A DNA stretch of 64,000 bases from an uncultured Actinomycetes bacterium (GCA_963810295.1 CAWEMW010000004.1:120392-184391), one strand, 5' to 3'; shown: positions 27,921 to 39,061, counted from the first letter of the stretch. Notes: generated by a model from the letters alone, not told the origin. Translations and numbers: made by a program.

Positions 27921-28756
27921 TCAGTCGCCGACCGGGCGAGTCGCGGCCTGGGCGTCGAGCTGGTTCGCGTGGTACAGCACCGCCGCCTCGGCGGTGCGCG
28001 CAGCGCCGCGGTCGTGGTGTGCGGCGATCGCATGGAGAAGCTCGGCGCGGACGGTCGGGTCGAGGGCAGTGGCCTCGTTCGTCGACGAGCCGTACCCCGA
28101 GCTGGACGTGGCCGAGGAGCGCCCCCTCCGGTGTCGGCCTGAATGCCGGCCCAGGTCCGAGCTCGCGGATGCGGCCCACGTCGTGGAGGAGCGCGGCGCG
28201 TGAGCAGGAGATCCGACCGCAGTCGCGGGTGGAGCTGCGCCGTCTCCCGGCAGAGCGTCGCGACCCCCACCGTGTGCTCGAGCAGGCCACCTGCGTAGCC
28301 GTGGTGACCGTCCGCGCCGGCCGCGGGCAGCCTTCGTAGTCCGTCGCGCACGTCGGCTTCGCGGAAGACTGCGCCGACGAGCGCCGCGAGGCCCGGATGC
28401 GCGATCTCGGACGCGAGGAACTCGAGGAATCCGTCGAGCTCGTCGGCGTCGCGACGCAGCGTCGGCGCGAGCCCCGCCGGGTCCGTGTCGGACTGCTCGA
28501 CCGTGCGCACCTGGAGCTGAAGCCGGCCGTCGAATCGCTCGACGCGGGCGAGCACCCGCACGGCGTCGCCCTCGTCGAAGCGACGGTCGAGCAGCTCGAC
28601 GTCGTCCCAGATCCGCCCTTCGATCCGCCCGCTCGGGTCGACGAGCTCGAGCAACAGGTACGGCTTCCCCTTACGCGTCGTGAGGCGTCTCTTGCGAGCG
28701 ACTGCGAACACGCCGTCGACGGTTCGGTCTTCGACGAGGTCGGCGATCGTCGCCAC
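27921..28756 (-). CDS. OB-fold + HD-domain protein (YhaM/Cbf1 3'-5' exoribonuclease-like), with two apparent frameshifts
   Basis: GKPYL..L.D.SG, HHGYAGGLLEHT, ALLHDVGR, G.LLGHV and HAIAAHH...LYHANQLDA lie across three frames. Confidence 0.8.
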
Positions 28757-28792
28757 GGGCTGAGTCTAGGGACTCGCCTGTAGGCTCGACCG

Positions 28793-29858
28793 GTGGCCGA
28801 TGTCCGCCCGTTCCGTGCCGTTCTCTATGCACGGCCGAGCGCGGAGGTGACGGCGCCGCCGTACGACGTGATCGACGACCAGGACGTCCTGGAGCTGCGC
28901 GCGCGTGACCCCAACAACGTCGTCCATCTGACCTCGGCGCCTGACGCTGGAGCTGCGGGCGAGCGCTACCGAAGCTGGCTGTCCGACGGGGTTCTCGCGC
29001 GCGATGCGGACCCGGCGATCTGGTACCTCGAGCAGGACTACGTCGGTCCCGACGGCGTTCCGCGCCGGCGTGACGGGATCGTGGCATCGCTCCGCGCCGA
29101 GCCGTACGCAACCGGCGGCGTTCTCCCTCACGAGCGTACGCATGCGGAGGCGATCGAGGGCAGGCTGCGCCTCCTGCGAGCGACGCGCACGCAGCTCGAG
29201 CCGATCTTCCTCCTCTACGAAGGCGAGCCTCCGCTGAGCGCGACCAGCCGGGGGCCCGGACATCGACATCGAGGGAACGCGGCTCTGGCGGCACGAGGGA
29301 GGTGGCGTCGAGGCGTATTTCGCCGACCGCCAGCTCCTCATCGCCGACGGCCACCACCGCTACGAGACAGCAGTTGCGTTCGCTGCCGAGGACGGCGCCG
29401 ATCGCCTGCTCGCCATCCTCGTCTCGACATCGGACGCCGGGCTCGAGGTGTTTCCGACCCATCGCGTCTTCGCGGGCCGGCCCGACATCGATCCGCACGG
29501 TGACGCGTTCCCGGACGTCGACGAGGCGCTCGAGGCGCTCGAGCGCGGGTCGGCCGGCGAGCCACTGGCCGTCTTCGTCAGCGCGTCGGAGGCCCGGCTC
29601 GTGCGTGGAGGCGACGAAGAGCTCGACGTCGACCTCGTCGATCGTTTCGGTCACGAAGGCATCTCGTACACGCCGGACCGCGACGAGGCGCTGCGTCGTG
29701 TCCGAGGCGGCGAGGCGGACTGCGCGTTCCTTCTCCGGCCCCCGCGCATCGCTGACGTCTTCGAGCGCGCTCGCCGCGGAGATCCGTTGCCACCAAAGAC
29801 AACGTACTTCTACCCAAAGCTACTCTCGGGGCTCCTCTTCCACCCGGTCGACCCGTGA
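28793..29858 (+). CDS. DUF1015-domain protein, with one apparent frameshift near 29250
   Basis: VRPFRA, APPYDVI, VLPHERT, IADGHHRYETA, PTHR and PPKTTYFYPK. Confidence 0.8.
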
Positions 29859-30654
29859 CCGACTGGCTTTCCTTCTCACGCGACTGCGTCCGCGATCTCG
29901 AGGCGGTACTCACCGAGCTTCCGACCCGCGCGGAGCGCGAGCCGGTCCTGCGGGTCGGCGAGGGCGGCGACGACACGACCGCGATCGACGCCGCGGCGGA
30001 GCTGGCGGTCGTCGGACGACTCGAAGCGCTCGGCCTCGACCTCACGCTCGTCTCCGAGGAGCTCGGGCTCCGGACGTTCGGCGCGGGGGGCGCGCTACGC
30101 GTCGTCGTCGACCCCATCGACGGCTCCGTCAACGCGAAGCGCGGCATTCCCTTCTTCTCCCTCTCGCTCGCGGTCGCCGACGGCGAGACGATGGACGACG
30201 TGAGGCTTCGGGTTCGTCTACGACTTCGGCGCACGGGAGGAGTGGGTCGCGGAGCGCGGGCGCGGCGCGTTCCTCGACGGAGCGCCGCTCGACGCGCCCG
30301 GCCCGAAGGACGCGATGCGAGATCCTCTCGCTCGAAGGGACAACCACCGACGCGATCGCCCGGGCGGTTCCGGGGCTCGACGCGATCGCGCACCGCGTCC
30401 GGGTGATGGGCTCGCTCGCGCTCTCGCTGTGCCATCTCGCCGCGGGTCGCGTCGACGCTGTCTGCTGCCTCAAGCCGGCCAGGTCGATCGATATCGCCGC
30501 GGCGCAGCTGCTCGTCCGAGAGCGCGGGCTCGCGATCGAGCTCTTCGAGGACCCACCGTTCGGTCGCGCCCTTCTCGACCTCGGACAGCGCTCGCGCGTC
30601 GTTGCCGCCGCGAGCGACGAGCTGTGCGCGCAGCTCGCAGCGGCGCTGCGGTAG
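29855..30654 (+). CDS. Inositol monophosphatase / FBPase family, with two apparent frameshifts (about 30205 and 30318)
   Basis: TAID, VSEELG, VDPIDGSVNA, RVMGSLAL and DIAAAQL. Confidence 0.8.
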
Positions 30655-30699
30655 CTCCGCCGGGGACGTACCGACGGGCTGACGCTTTATGCTCGCGCG

Positions 30700-31855
30700 G
30701 TGTCGATGAACGACGGGACGGTAGGCCCGAGTCAGGGTGATGACGAGCGCATGACGCGCCGCTTCCTCGAGACGGCCATCTCCGTCAGGTCGCTGCTCAT
30801 CGCAGCGCTCATCGTCTTCCTCGGGTGGGCCGTCATCTCGATTCTCGACGCGCTCCTCCTGGTCTTCCTCGGCATCTTCCTGGCTCTCGTCTTCGAGATT
30901 CCCGTGCGGGCGTTCATGCGCCGGACGGGGCGGGGTCGAGGGCTCTCGGCCACGATCGTCGTCCTCGGCTCGGCCGCAGCGGCGACAGTCCTGGCTCTGA
31001 TCCTGCTCGTGCCGCTGGCCAGCTCCGTGCGTGACTTCCTGAAGGACCTCCCGGACCTCGTCGCCCAGCTGCGAGACTCCGACGAGCTCTCGTGGGCCGG
31101 CGATTCGGGTGCCGCCGAGAACGTCCAGGACGGCGCCAATGACCTCTCCGCGACGATCCCCGACGCGATCTCCGCTCTCCTCGGTGTCGCCGGCCAGGCG
31201 TTCTCCGTCGGCCTCGCGCTTTTCACCGTGCTGTTCCTTGCGCTCTTCCTGCTCGTCGACATGTCGAAGCTGCAAGGCGTGGTCCAAAGCATGTTGAAGC
31301 CGGCGGACGCTGACATCTGGCTTGACGTCTGGGAGCGCATCACCGGAACCGTCTCGCGCTGGGCCATCGGCGCCCTGACGATCGCCGTCATCGCGGGCAC
31401 GACCCAGGGCCTCACCGCTTTCCTCCTCGGCTCGAGCTACGCGCTCGCGCTGGGGTTGATCGCCGGCTTCCTCGACCTGATTCCCAACATCGGCGCCACC
31501 ATTGCCGCGTTCATCCTCGTGCCGACGATCCTTGCGGAGGAGGGGCTCACGGACGCCCTGATCATGCTCGCGGTCGTGCTCGTCTACCAGCAGGTCGAGA
31601 ACAACCTGCTCTCGCCGACGATCTACGGCAAGGCCGTGAACATCATGCCGTTCTTCGTGATCCTCGGCGTGACGCTCTTCGGCGCCCTTCTCGGCGTGCT
31701 CGGTGCGCTCGTCGCGGTGCCCGTCACCGCGTCGCTCCAGATCGTCCTGAAGGAAGTCACGACGGCCCGCCGGGCGCGGATCGCCGAGGTTCGCGCCGAG
31801 GCCGATCGACTCGCCGCGGAATGCGGCGCCGGCGTCCGGCGCAGCACCGCCCTAG
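30700..31855 (+). CDS. AI-2E (PerM/TqsA) family transporter, likely indel just before its stop
   Basis: Multi-TM protein with LIPNIG and YQQVENNLLSP.IYG. A TAG at 31853-31855 overlaps the next GTG (TAGTG) but is out of frame. Confidence 0.85.
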
Positions 31856-32587
31856 TGCTCGAGGCGCTCTGGTGGGGCATCTTCGCGAGCTCGTCCCTCG
31901 TGATCGGCGGGGTGATCGCGCTCCGGGTTCACGTGAACCGCCTCACGCTCGGGCTCGTCATGGGGTTCGGGGCCGGCGTGCTGATCAGCGCGGTCGTCCT
32001 TCGAGCTCGTGGAGGAGGCATTCGAGACGTCCGGGCTCCTCTCGGATGTCGCGATCGGCCTGTTCGCCGGCTGCGCCGTCTTCACGCTCGGCGACGCCCT
32101 GATCGACAGGCTCGGCGGCGCCGACCGAAAGCGAATGGAGGGCGCCCAGGCGGGCGGCTCGGCGCTCGCGATCGTGCTCGGGATCGTGCTCGACGGAATT
32201 CCCGAGTCGGCCGTTCTCGGCCTGAGCCTCCTCGAGGGAAGCGGGGTCAGTACCGCGATGCTCGCGGCGGTTTTCCTCTCGAACCTGCCGGAGGCGATCG
32301 CGGCAACCTCCGGGCTCGTGGCGTCGGGCTGGCGCGCCTCCCGCATCCTCCTCCTCTGGGCAGGTGTCGTCCTGATCTCCGGGCTGGCGGCTCTCGCGGG
32401 CTACGGCCTCTTCGACACTGCCTCGCCGTCGGTGATCGCGTTCGTCCTCGCCTTCGCCGGCGGCGCGATCATCACGATGCTCGCCGACACGATGATGCCG
32501 GAGGCCTTCGCGAACGGCGGCAGGTGGGTCGGCGTCCTGACGACGCTCGGGTTCGCGACCGCGTTCGCGATCGGCGCGTTCGAGTGA
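31855..32587 (+). CDS. ZIP-family (GufA-like) zinc transporter, with a frameshift near 31995
   Basis: GFGAGVLISAV then FELVEEAF, LDGIPES, SNLPEA and TMLADTMMPEAF. Confidence 0.8.
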
Positions 32588-32637
32588 GCCGCAGGGGCGG
32601 GTCGACTCATCGCGACCCACCCCCGCCGCGCGTGCTG

Positions 32638-33033
32638 CTACGACGCGAGCGCCTTCTGCTTGATCGCGTCGAACTCGGCCTGGGTGATCGCACCCGAGCT
32701 GAGGAGCTCGTTCGCCTTCTCGATCTCGGTGGCCGCCCCGCCGCCCGCGACCGACTTGACGTAGGTGTCGAACTGCTCCTGCGAAGCCTGCGCATCCTTC
32801 ATGTCGCGCTCGGCCATGTTGTTGCTCTGCGTGATCAGGTAGACGAACACGCCGAGGAACGGCACGACGATCACGAAGATCATCCAGCCGACCTTGGCTC
32901 AGCCGCTGATGTCGTGGCGGCGGAAGAGGTCGATGATGATCCTGAACAGCAGCATGAACCAGGCGATCCAGATGAAGAAGATGAGCATCGTCCAGAGGAC
33001 GTCGAGAAACGGGTAATCCGCTGCTACGAGCAA
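32638..33033 (-). pseudogene. PLDc_N + SHOCT membrane protein with an in-frame TGA at 32899-32901
   Basis: MLVAADYPFLDVLWTML...DLFRRHDISG*AKVGW...GAITQAEFDAIKQKAL. The TGA replaces the expected Trp. Confidence 0.7.
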
Positions 33034-33315
33034 AACGACCTACCTCTCCGAGTCGGGTGTCGTCGAACGCCTGCCCCGCTGCGACGGCTCAGCGAGTCAG
33101 GCGGCGACATCCTAGTACGGTTGCGGTCGGGTCGTCATGTCAACGACTGTCCGGGAAGCATCAGCTCGTCGACCGCGGCCTGCACGGTCGAAGCTTCGAA
33201 GTCCCGTCCCGCCCTCGCGCAGCCGAACGAGTTCGCGTACCACGGCGATGTCGCGGGCGAGGACGCGCTCGACCCTCGCAAGAGGTGATCGCCTGCGAAG
33301 ATCGCGCGTAAGAGC

Positions 33316-33716
33316 GTGACTCGCCAACCCGAGCTCAGCACGCCCTGTGTCGGCCCTCTGGCCGGCTGTCGCGTCCTCGCCGCCTGGCCGGCGATGGCGG
33401 ACAGGCTCGCCGGAATCATTGCGACGCGCCCGCGCGACGAGTGGGCCGCCACCTTCGCCGGGCAGGGCGCCTGCGTGACCGCGGTCCTGGGGCTCGCGGA
33501 GGCGGCGGTCCATCCGGACGATGCCGAGCGCGGCACGTACACCCTCGGACGGGCGGCGTACTCCAGCCGGGGATTGCCCCGAGATTTCTCGGTACGCCAC
33601 CCGCGGCGCCTTCAGCCGCTCCGCGGATCGGCGCGGACACCGACGAGCTTCTCGCCGAGATCGGGCTCGACGCAGCAGCGGTCGATGACCTGCGGCGAGC
33701 CGGGGTCGTCGGCTGA
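33316..33716 (+). pseudogene. Internally deleted CaiB/BaiF CoA-transferase (alpha-methylacyl-CoA racemase-like) relic
   Basis: N-terminal GPLAGCRVL abuts C-terminal TRPRDEWAATF...CVTAVL, then a frameshift to QPGIAPRF...PRIGADTDELL. Confidence 0.65.
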
Positions 33717-33821
33717 AGGCACGCTGACGTTTCCCCGCGGCGGAGCGGGACGGTTGTGGTTACGTCCCCGCATGCGTACGGTGTTAGGACGACGCGTCAA
33801 CAGACCCGTGTCGCCGTAAGG

Positions 33822-33875
33822 GTCGCCGGCTGGTTGCGAGGCTACGACCGCGCGTGGCTCTCCAAGGTCGACGTC
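33822..33875 (+). pseudogene. Possible N-terminal scrap of a SulP sulfate transporter
   Basis: VAGWLRGYDRAWL resembles the SulP N-terminal WL.GY...WL..D motif. Nothing downstream continues it. Confidence 0.35.
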
Positions 33876-33977
33876 GGCGGGAGGTCAGCCGTTCGCGCAG
33901 CACCGGTCCGCGCTCGACGCGCTAGGTTTGGGCGGTGTTCGACCTCTCGATGGCGCGACGGTAGCGCGAGTACAAAC

Positions 33978-34962
33978 GTGACCGCGACGCCGACGGAAGC
34001 GGGCGCCCCGCCGAAGGGGATGACCTGGATCCCGGGTGGCACCTTCGCGATGGGCTCCGAGGACTTCTACCCGGAGGAGCGCCCCGTCCATCAGGTCTCG
34101 GTGGACGGCTTCTGGATGGACGAGCACCCGGTCACCGCCGCCGAGTTCCGCCGCTTCGTGCGCGAGACGAAGCTACGTGACGGTCGCGGAGCGACCGCTC
34201 GACCGGGAGGCGTACCCGGATGCCGACCCCGACCTGCTCGTCCCGGGCTCGCTCGTCTTCCGGGGCGCGGCAGGTCCAGTGAACCTCGACGACTACCGCA
34301 ACTGGTGGGAGTACGTCCCGGGCACGTTCTGGAAGCGGCCAGGCGGAAAAGGCACGACGATCAACGGCCGCGACAACCATCCTGTGACGCACGTCGCGTA
34401 CGAGGATGCCGAGGCGTACGCCGCCTGGGCGGGGAATGAGCTCCCAACGGAGGCCGAGTGGGAGTTTGCCGCACGTGGCGGCCTCGAGGGTGCGGTCTTC
34501 GCCTGGGGCGACGAGCACTTCCCCGACGGAAAGGCGATGGCCAACAGCTGGCAGGGCGAGTTCCCGTGGCAAAACCAGAAGCTCGACGGCTTCGAGCGCA
34601 CCTCGCCGGTCGGCAGCTTCCCTCCGAACGGCTACGGCCTCTACGACCTCACGGGGAACGTCTGGGAGTGGACGTCGGACTGGTACGTCCCGCGCCACCC
34701 GGACGAGGTGGCGAGCCCGTGCTGCGTCCCGGCAAACCCCCGCGTCACGTCACCCGACGAGAGCTACAACGCGGGCCAGCCCGGTGAGAACATCCCGCGC
34801 CGCGTGATCAAGGGCGGCTCGCATCTCTGTGCGCCCAACTATTGTCTTCGCTACCGGCCCGCGGCGCGCCAGCCGCAGATGATCGACACGTCGATGTCGC
34901 ACCTCGGCTTCCGGTGCATCGTCCGTGGGCCCGCCCCCGCCTCGGAAGGAGCGACCGCCTGA
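33978..34962 (+). CDS. Formylglycine-generating enzyme (SUMF1 family), with a frameshift near 34170
   Basis: F.MGS, VTAAEFRRFV, HPVTHV, LPTEAEWEFAARGG, PNGYGLYDLTGNVWEW and KGGSHLCAPNYCLRYR with both catalytic Cys. Confidence 0.88.
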
Positions 34963-36503
34963 TGCCCGACAAGCCGAACATCCTCGTCATCTGGGGGGAC
35001 GACATCGGGATCACGAACCTCAGCTGCTACAGCGACGGGCTGATGGGTTACCGCACGCCGAACATCGACCGGATCGCCAACGAGGGGATGCGCTTCACGG
35101 ACTCGTACGGCGAGCAGAGCTGCACGGCGGGCCGCTCGGCGTTCATCACGGGGCAGAGCGTCTTCCGCACGGGGCTCAGCAAGGTGGGACTTCCCGGCGC
35201 GCCGGTCGGGTTGCAGGCCGAGGACCCGACGATCGCCGAGCTCCTGAAGAACCACGGCTACGCGACGGCCCAGTTCGGCAAGAACCACCTCGGGGACAAG
35301 AACGAGTTCCTGCCGACCGTGCACGGCTTCGACGAGTTCTACGGGAACCTCTACCACCTGAACGCGGAGGAGGACCCGGAGGACCCGGACTATCCGTCGA
35401 AGCACGGCTTCGAAGGGTTCCACGACCGCTTCGGCCCCCGCGGCGTGCTCCGCTGCAGGGCGACGGGCAAGGACGACCCGAAGGAGCACCCGCGCTGGGG
35501 TCGCGTCGGAAAGCAGCGGATCGAGGACACCGGACCGCTGACCCGGAAGCGGATGGAGACCTGCGACGACGAGTTCGCCGACGCCGCCTGCGACTACATC
35601 CAGCGCCAGCACAACCGGAGGAAGCCGTTCTTCTGCTGGGTGAACTTCACGCACATGCACCTCCGCACGCACACGAAGCGGAGGAGCCTCGGCCAGGCCG
35701 GGCGGTGGCAGTCGCCCTACCACGACACGATGATCGACCACGACAGGAACGTCGGTCAGCTGCTCGACCTGCTCGACAAGCTCGGGATCGCCGAGGACAC
35801 GATCGTCCTGTACGGCACCGACAACGGGCCGCACATGAACTCGTGGCCGGACGGCGCCATGACCCCGTTCCGCAGCGAGAAGAACACGAACTGGGAAGGC
35901 GCCTTTCGCGTGCCGCAGATCGTGCGCTGGCCGGGGAAGATCCCGGCGGGCGTCGTCTCGAACGAGATCGTGCAGCTCCACGACTGGCTGCCGACGTTCC
36001 TCGCGGCCGCGGGCGACCCTGACGTCGTGGAGAAGCTGAAGCAGGGCCACGAGGCGGCCGGCAAGACCTTCAAGGTGCACATCGACGGCTACAACCTGCT
36101 GCCGTACCTCACGGGTGAGGAGAGCGCCAGCCCGCGCCAGGGGTTCATCTACTTCTCGGACGACGGCGACCTCGTCGCGCTCCGCTTCGACAACTGGAAG
36201 CTGGTCTTCATGGAGCAAAGGGCGCGCGGCACGCTCGAGCTGTGGGCGGAGCCGTTCGTCCCGCTGCGTGTTCCGAAGCTCTTCAACCTGCGCACCGATC
36301 CGTTCGAGCGTGCGGACACGACCTCGAACACGTACTGGGATTGGTACATATCCAAGGCCTACCTGATCATGGCTGCGCAGGCAGTCGTCGTCGACTTCCT
36401 CGCGACGTTCGGGGAGTTCCCGCCACGGCAGAAGGCGGCGAGTTTCACGATCGACCAGGCGCTCGAGCGGATGGAGGCTGCCGCGAGCGGCGCGCACGAC
36501 TGA
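34962..36503 (+). CDS. Arylsulfatase (type I, Cys-type, CTAGR motif)
   Basis: PNILVIWGDDIG, SCTAGRSAFITG, FGKNHLG, DNG and GEK-like RSEKNTNWEG. Confidence 0.93.
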   Translation: MPDKPNILVIWGDDIGITNLSCYSDGLMGYRTPNIDRIANEGMRFTDSYGEQSCTAGRSAFITGQSVFRTGLSKVGLPGAPVGLQAEDPTIAELLKNHGYATAQFGKNHLGDKNEFLPTVHGFDEFYGNLYHLNAEEDPEDPDYPSKHGFEGFHDRFGPRGVLRCRATGKDDPKEHPRWGRVGKQRIEDTGPLTRKRMETCDDEFADAACDYIQRQHNRRKPFFCWVNFTHMHLRTHTKRRSLGQAGRWQSPYHDTMIDHDRNVGQLLDLLDKLGIAEDTIVLYGTDNGPHMNSWPDGAMTPFRSEKNTNWEGAFRVPQIVRWPGKIPAGVVSNEIVQLHDWLPTFLAAAGDPDVVEKLKQGHEAAGKTFKVHIDGYNLLPYLTGEESASPRQGFIYFSDDGDLVALRFDNWKLVFMEQRARGTLELWAEPFVPLRVPKLFNLRTDPFERADTTSNTYWDWYISKAYLIMAAQAVVVDFLATFGEFPPRQKAASFTIDQALERMEAAASGAHD

Positions 36504-37420
36504 TGGCGGGCCTCGCATCCTGGAACGACACGGCAACGCGCGAGGCGATTGTCGCGTTCGCGGAGTCCGCGGCGGAGGCAGTGCCGCCCGAGGAGCGCGT
36601 CGCCGTGTTCGACAACGACGGCACGCTCTGGTGCGAGAAGCCGATGCCGATCGAGCTCGGCTTCATCCTGCGGCGGTGGGCGGCGATGGCCGAGGCGGAC
36701 GACTCGCTGCGGGAGAAGCAGCCGTGGAAGGCGGCGTACGAGAAGGACTACGCGTGGCTCGGCGGCGCGATCGACAAGCACTACGCCGGCGACGACGGCG
36801 ACGTCAAGGTGCTACTCGGCGGTGTCCTGCAGGCCTTCGCGGGCCAGTCGGTCGACGAGTACACGTCCGCGGCCGCGGCATTCCTCGCTGAGGCGCCGCA
36901 TCCCACGCTCGGGCGGCTGCTCCGCGAGTGCGCATACGTCCCGATGATCGAGCTGCTCCGCTTCCTCGAGGGGCACGGCTTCACGTGCTTCATCGCTTCG
37001 GGCGGGAGCCGTGACTTCATGCGTGCGATCACCAACGAGCTCTACGGTGTCCCGCCCCAGCGCGTGGTCGGCAGCTCGAACGGCCTGGAGTACACCGACG
37101 ACGAGCACGGTGGCTCGCTCACGTACCTCGCGAAGCCCGATGTCTTCGACGACGGCCCGGTGAAGCCGGTGCGCATCTGGAGCCGGATCGGCCGGCGGCC
37201 GATCATCGCCGGGGGAAACTCGAACGGCGACTTCCAGATGCTGCGATGGACGGGCGGCGAGGATCGTCCGGCGCTTCGCCTCCTCGTCCTCCACGACGAT
37301 CCCGAGCGGGAGTTCGACTACGTCAAGGGGGCGGAGAAAGTCCTGGAGCAGGCGACGGCGGACAGCTGGACGGTCGTCAGCGTGAAGAACGACTGGTCGA
37401 CCGTGTTCGCGGAGGTCTAG
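36503..37420 (+). CDS. HAD-superfamily hydrolase (acid phosphatase-like)
   Basis: FDNDGTLW, IASGG, K in DGPVKP and GNSNGD. Confidence 0.88.
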   Translation: MAGLASWNDTATREAIVAFAESAAEAVPPEERVAVFDNDGTLWCEKPMPIELGFILRRWAAMAEADDSLREKQPWKAAYEKDYAWLGGAIDKHYAGDDGDVKVLLGGVLQAFAGQSVDEYTSAAAAFLAEAPHPTLGRLLRECAYVPMIELLRFLEGHGFTCFIASGGSRDFMRAITNELYGVPPQRVVGSSNGLEYTDDEHGGSLTYLAKPDVFDDGPVKPVRIWSRIGRRPIIAGGNSNGDFQMLRWTGGEDRPALRLLVLHDDPEREFDYVKGAEKVLEQATADSWTVVSVKNDWSTVFAEV

Positions 37421-37519
37421 CCGAGCGGACGATTCCGCGCCGTCGCCCCGATCGGATCGCACGTCGCCCGGATCGGACCGGTGAGAGACGACGCTTGTGG
37501 TGAATCACCACAAGCGTTG

Positions 37520-37861
37520 TCAACCGCCGGGCGCGTCGAGCCCAGCCACGAGGCGCTTCGGGGCGACGATGCGGTAGCTCTCCTCGACCCAGTCGCGGAG
37601 CGTGGCGATTGGGATGTCCGAGACAGGCATCGTCACCCAACCTGCCTTCCCGAGCCCGTATCCGGTCGGCTCGGCGCCTTCGACCGACAGGGCGTGCGCA
37701 TGCGATTCGACGAGCTTGACGGTGATCGACGCATTGGTACTGCCAAGGAACACGAAGATCTTGCCCCGCACCTTGACGACGCGATCGCCCCACGGGAAGT
37801 CCTCCTGCGCTTCGGGCAGCCCGAGCGCAAACTCCGCGAGCTTCGAGCGGGGATCGGCCAT
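37520..37861 (-). CDS. MmcQ/YjbR family protein
   Basis: FPWGDRVVKVRGKIF, GYGLGKAGWV and WVEESYR.VAPK. Confidence 0.85.
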   Translation of the reverse strand: MADPRSKLAEFALGLPEAQEDFPWGDRVVKVRGKIFVFLGSTNASITVKLVESHAHALSVEGAEPTGYGLGKAGWVTMPVSDIPIATLRDWVEESYRIVAPKRLVAGLDAPGG

Positions 37862-37885
37862 CCCGAAAGGCTACGCTGGACCTCG

Positions 37886-38968
37886 ATGCTTCCCGACCGT
37901 GACGCGATCCTGAAGGCGCTCGAGCAGGTCATCGACCCCGAGCTCAAGCGCCCCGTCACCGAGCTCGAGATGGTGCGCGACGTGGTCGTCTCGGCCGACG
38001 CGGCGGTCGACGTCACGATCGCGCTCACCGTCGCCGGGTGCCCATTGCGCTCGAGCTTCGAGGACCAGGTTGCGCGTCACGTCGGGGCGGTGCCGCACGT
38101 TGCGCGTGTCGCGCTCCACTTCGACGTGATGAGTCCCGAGGAGAAGGCGGCGCTCGCGACACGCCTCCGAGGCGGCCGTCCGGAGCGCGAGATCCGGCTC
38201 GATCCCGGGACGCGTGTTGTCGCGGTCGCCTCGGGCAAGGGCGGCGTGGGCAAGTCGACGTTGACGGCGAACCTCGCCGCAGCGCTGGCCGAGCGTGGCG
38301 AGCGCGTCGGCGTTCTCGACGCGGACGTCTACGGGTACTCGATTCCCCACGTGCTCGGGATCACCCAGCGCCCCATCGTCGTCGACTCGATGATCGTGCC
38401 GCCGGTTCGTGGTGAGCTGAAGATCATGTCGATCGGCCTCTTTGCCGAGGACAACGGGCCGATCATGTGGCGCGGGCCTATGCTCCACAAGGCGCTCGAG
38501 CAGTTTCTCTCGGACGTGCACTGGGGCGAGCTCGACACGCTCGTCGTCGACATGCCGCCCGGCACGGGCGACGTCGCGATCTCGATCGGTCAGCTCCTGC
38601 CGCGCGCCGAGGCGCTGATCGTGACGACGCCGCAGCCCGCGGCCCAGCAGGTCGCGGTGCGCGCCGCCGTGATGGCGCAGAAGCTCGGCATGCGGATCAC
38701 GGGTGTCGTGGAGAACATGTCGTGGTTGGTCGGAACCGGGCAGGAGCTGTTCGGCGCCGGAGGCGGCGATGCGCTCGCGGCTGAGATTGACGCGCCCGTG
38801 CTGGCGCGAATCCCGTTCGACCCGGCCCTCCGCGAGGCATCTGACGCGGGACAGCCGGTGATCGAGGCGGATCCGGAGGCCGAGGCGAGTGAGGCGATCC
38901 GCACCCTGGCCGAGGCAGTCCAGTCCCGCCGCCAGGGCCAGATCCGCAAGGCGCTCACTGTTCTCTAG
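37886..38968 (+). CDS. mrp: Mrp/NBP35 (ApbC) Fe-S carrier ATPase with N-terminal DUF59
   Basis: VIDPEL, LTVAGCPL, SGKGGVGKST, DADVYG, WRGPML, DMPPGTGD and ENMS. Confidence 0.92.
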   Translation: MLPDRDAILKALEQVIDPELKRPVTELEMVRDVVVSADAAVDVTIALTVAGCPLRSSFEDQVARHVGAVPHVARVALHFDVMSPEEKAALATRLRGGRPEREIRLDPGTRVVAVASGKGGVGKSTLTANLAAALAERGERVGVLDADVYGYSIPHVLGITQRPIVVDSMIVPPVRGELKIMSIGLFAEDNGPIMWRGPMLHKALEQFLSDVHWGELDTLVVDMPPGTGDVAISIGQLLPRAEALIVTTPQPAAQQVAVRAAVMAQKLGMRITGVVENMSWLVGTGQELFGAGGGDALAAEIDAPVLARIPFDPALREASDAGQPVIEADPEAEASEAIRTLAEAVQSRRQGQIRKALTVL

Positions 38969-39061
38969 CGACGGGACAGGGCTCTGCCCGCGTTCCCTCT
39001 GTGAAGCCAGGGCGGCTGGGACGCGGCCCACGGCCATATCCCGCAGCTTCAACACGCCCTC

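Noticed and set aside
32899-32901. TGA recoding (selenocysteine or Trp) in the SHOCT gene
   Set aside because: TGA is the normal stop throughout the window and the position is a Trp site, not Cys. A TGG-to-TGA mutation or read error is simpler.
30700-33288. 862-aa ORF suggesting an AI-2E transporter fusion protein
   Set aside because: It is AI-2E read through a likely indel into the ZIP N-terminus and then off-frame sequence. The natural TAG/GTG junction is visible at 31853-31857.
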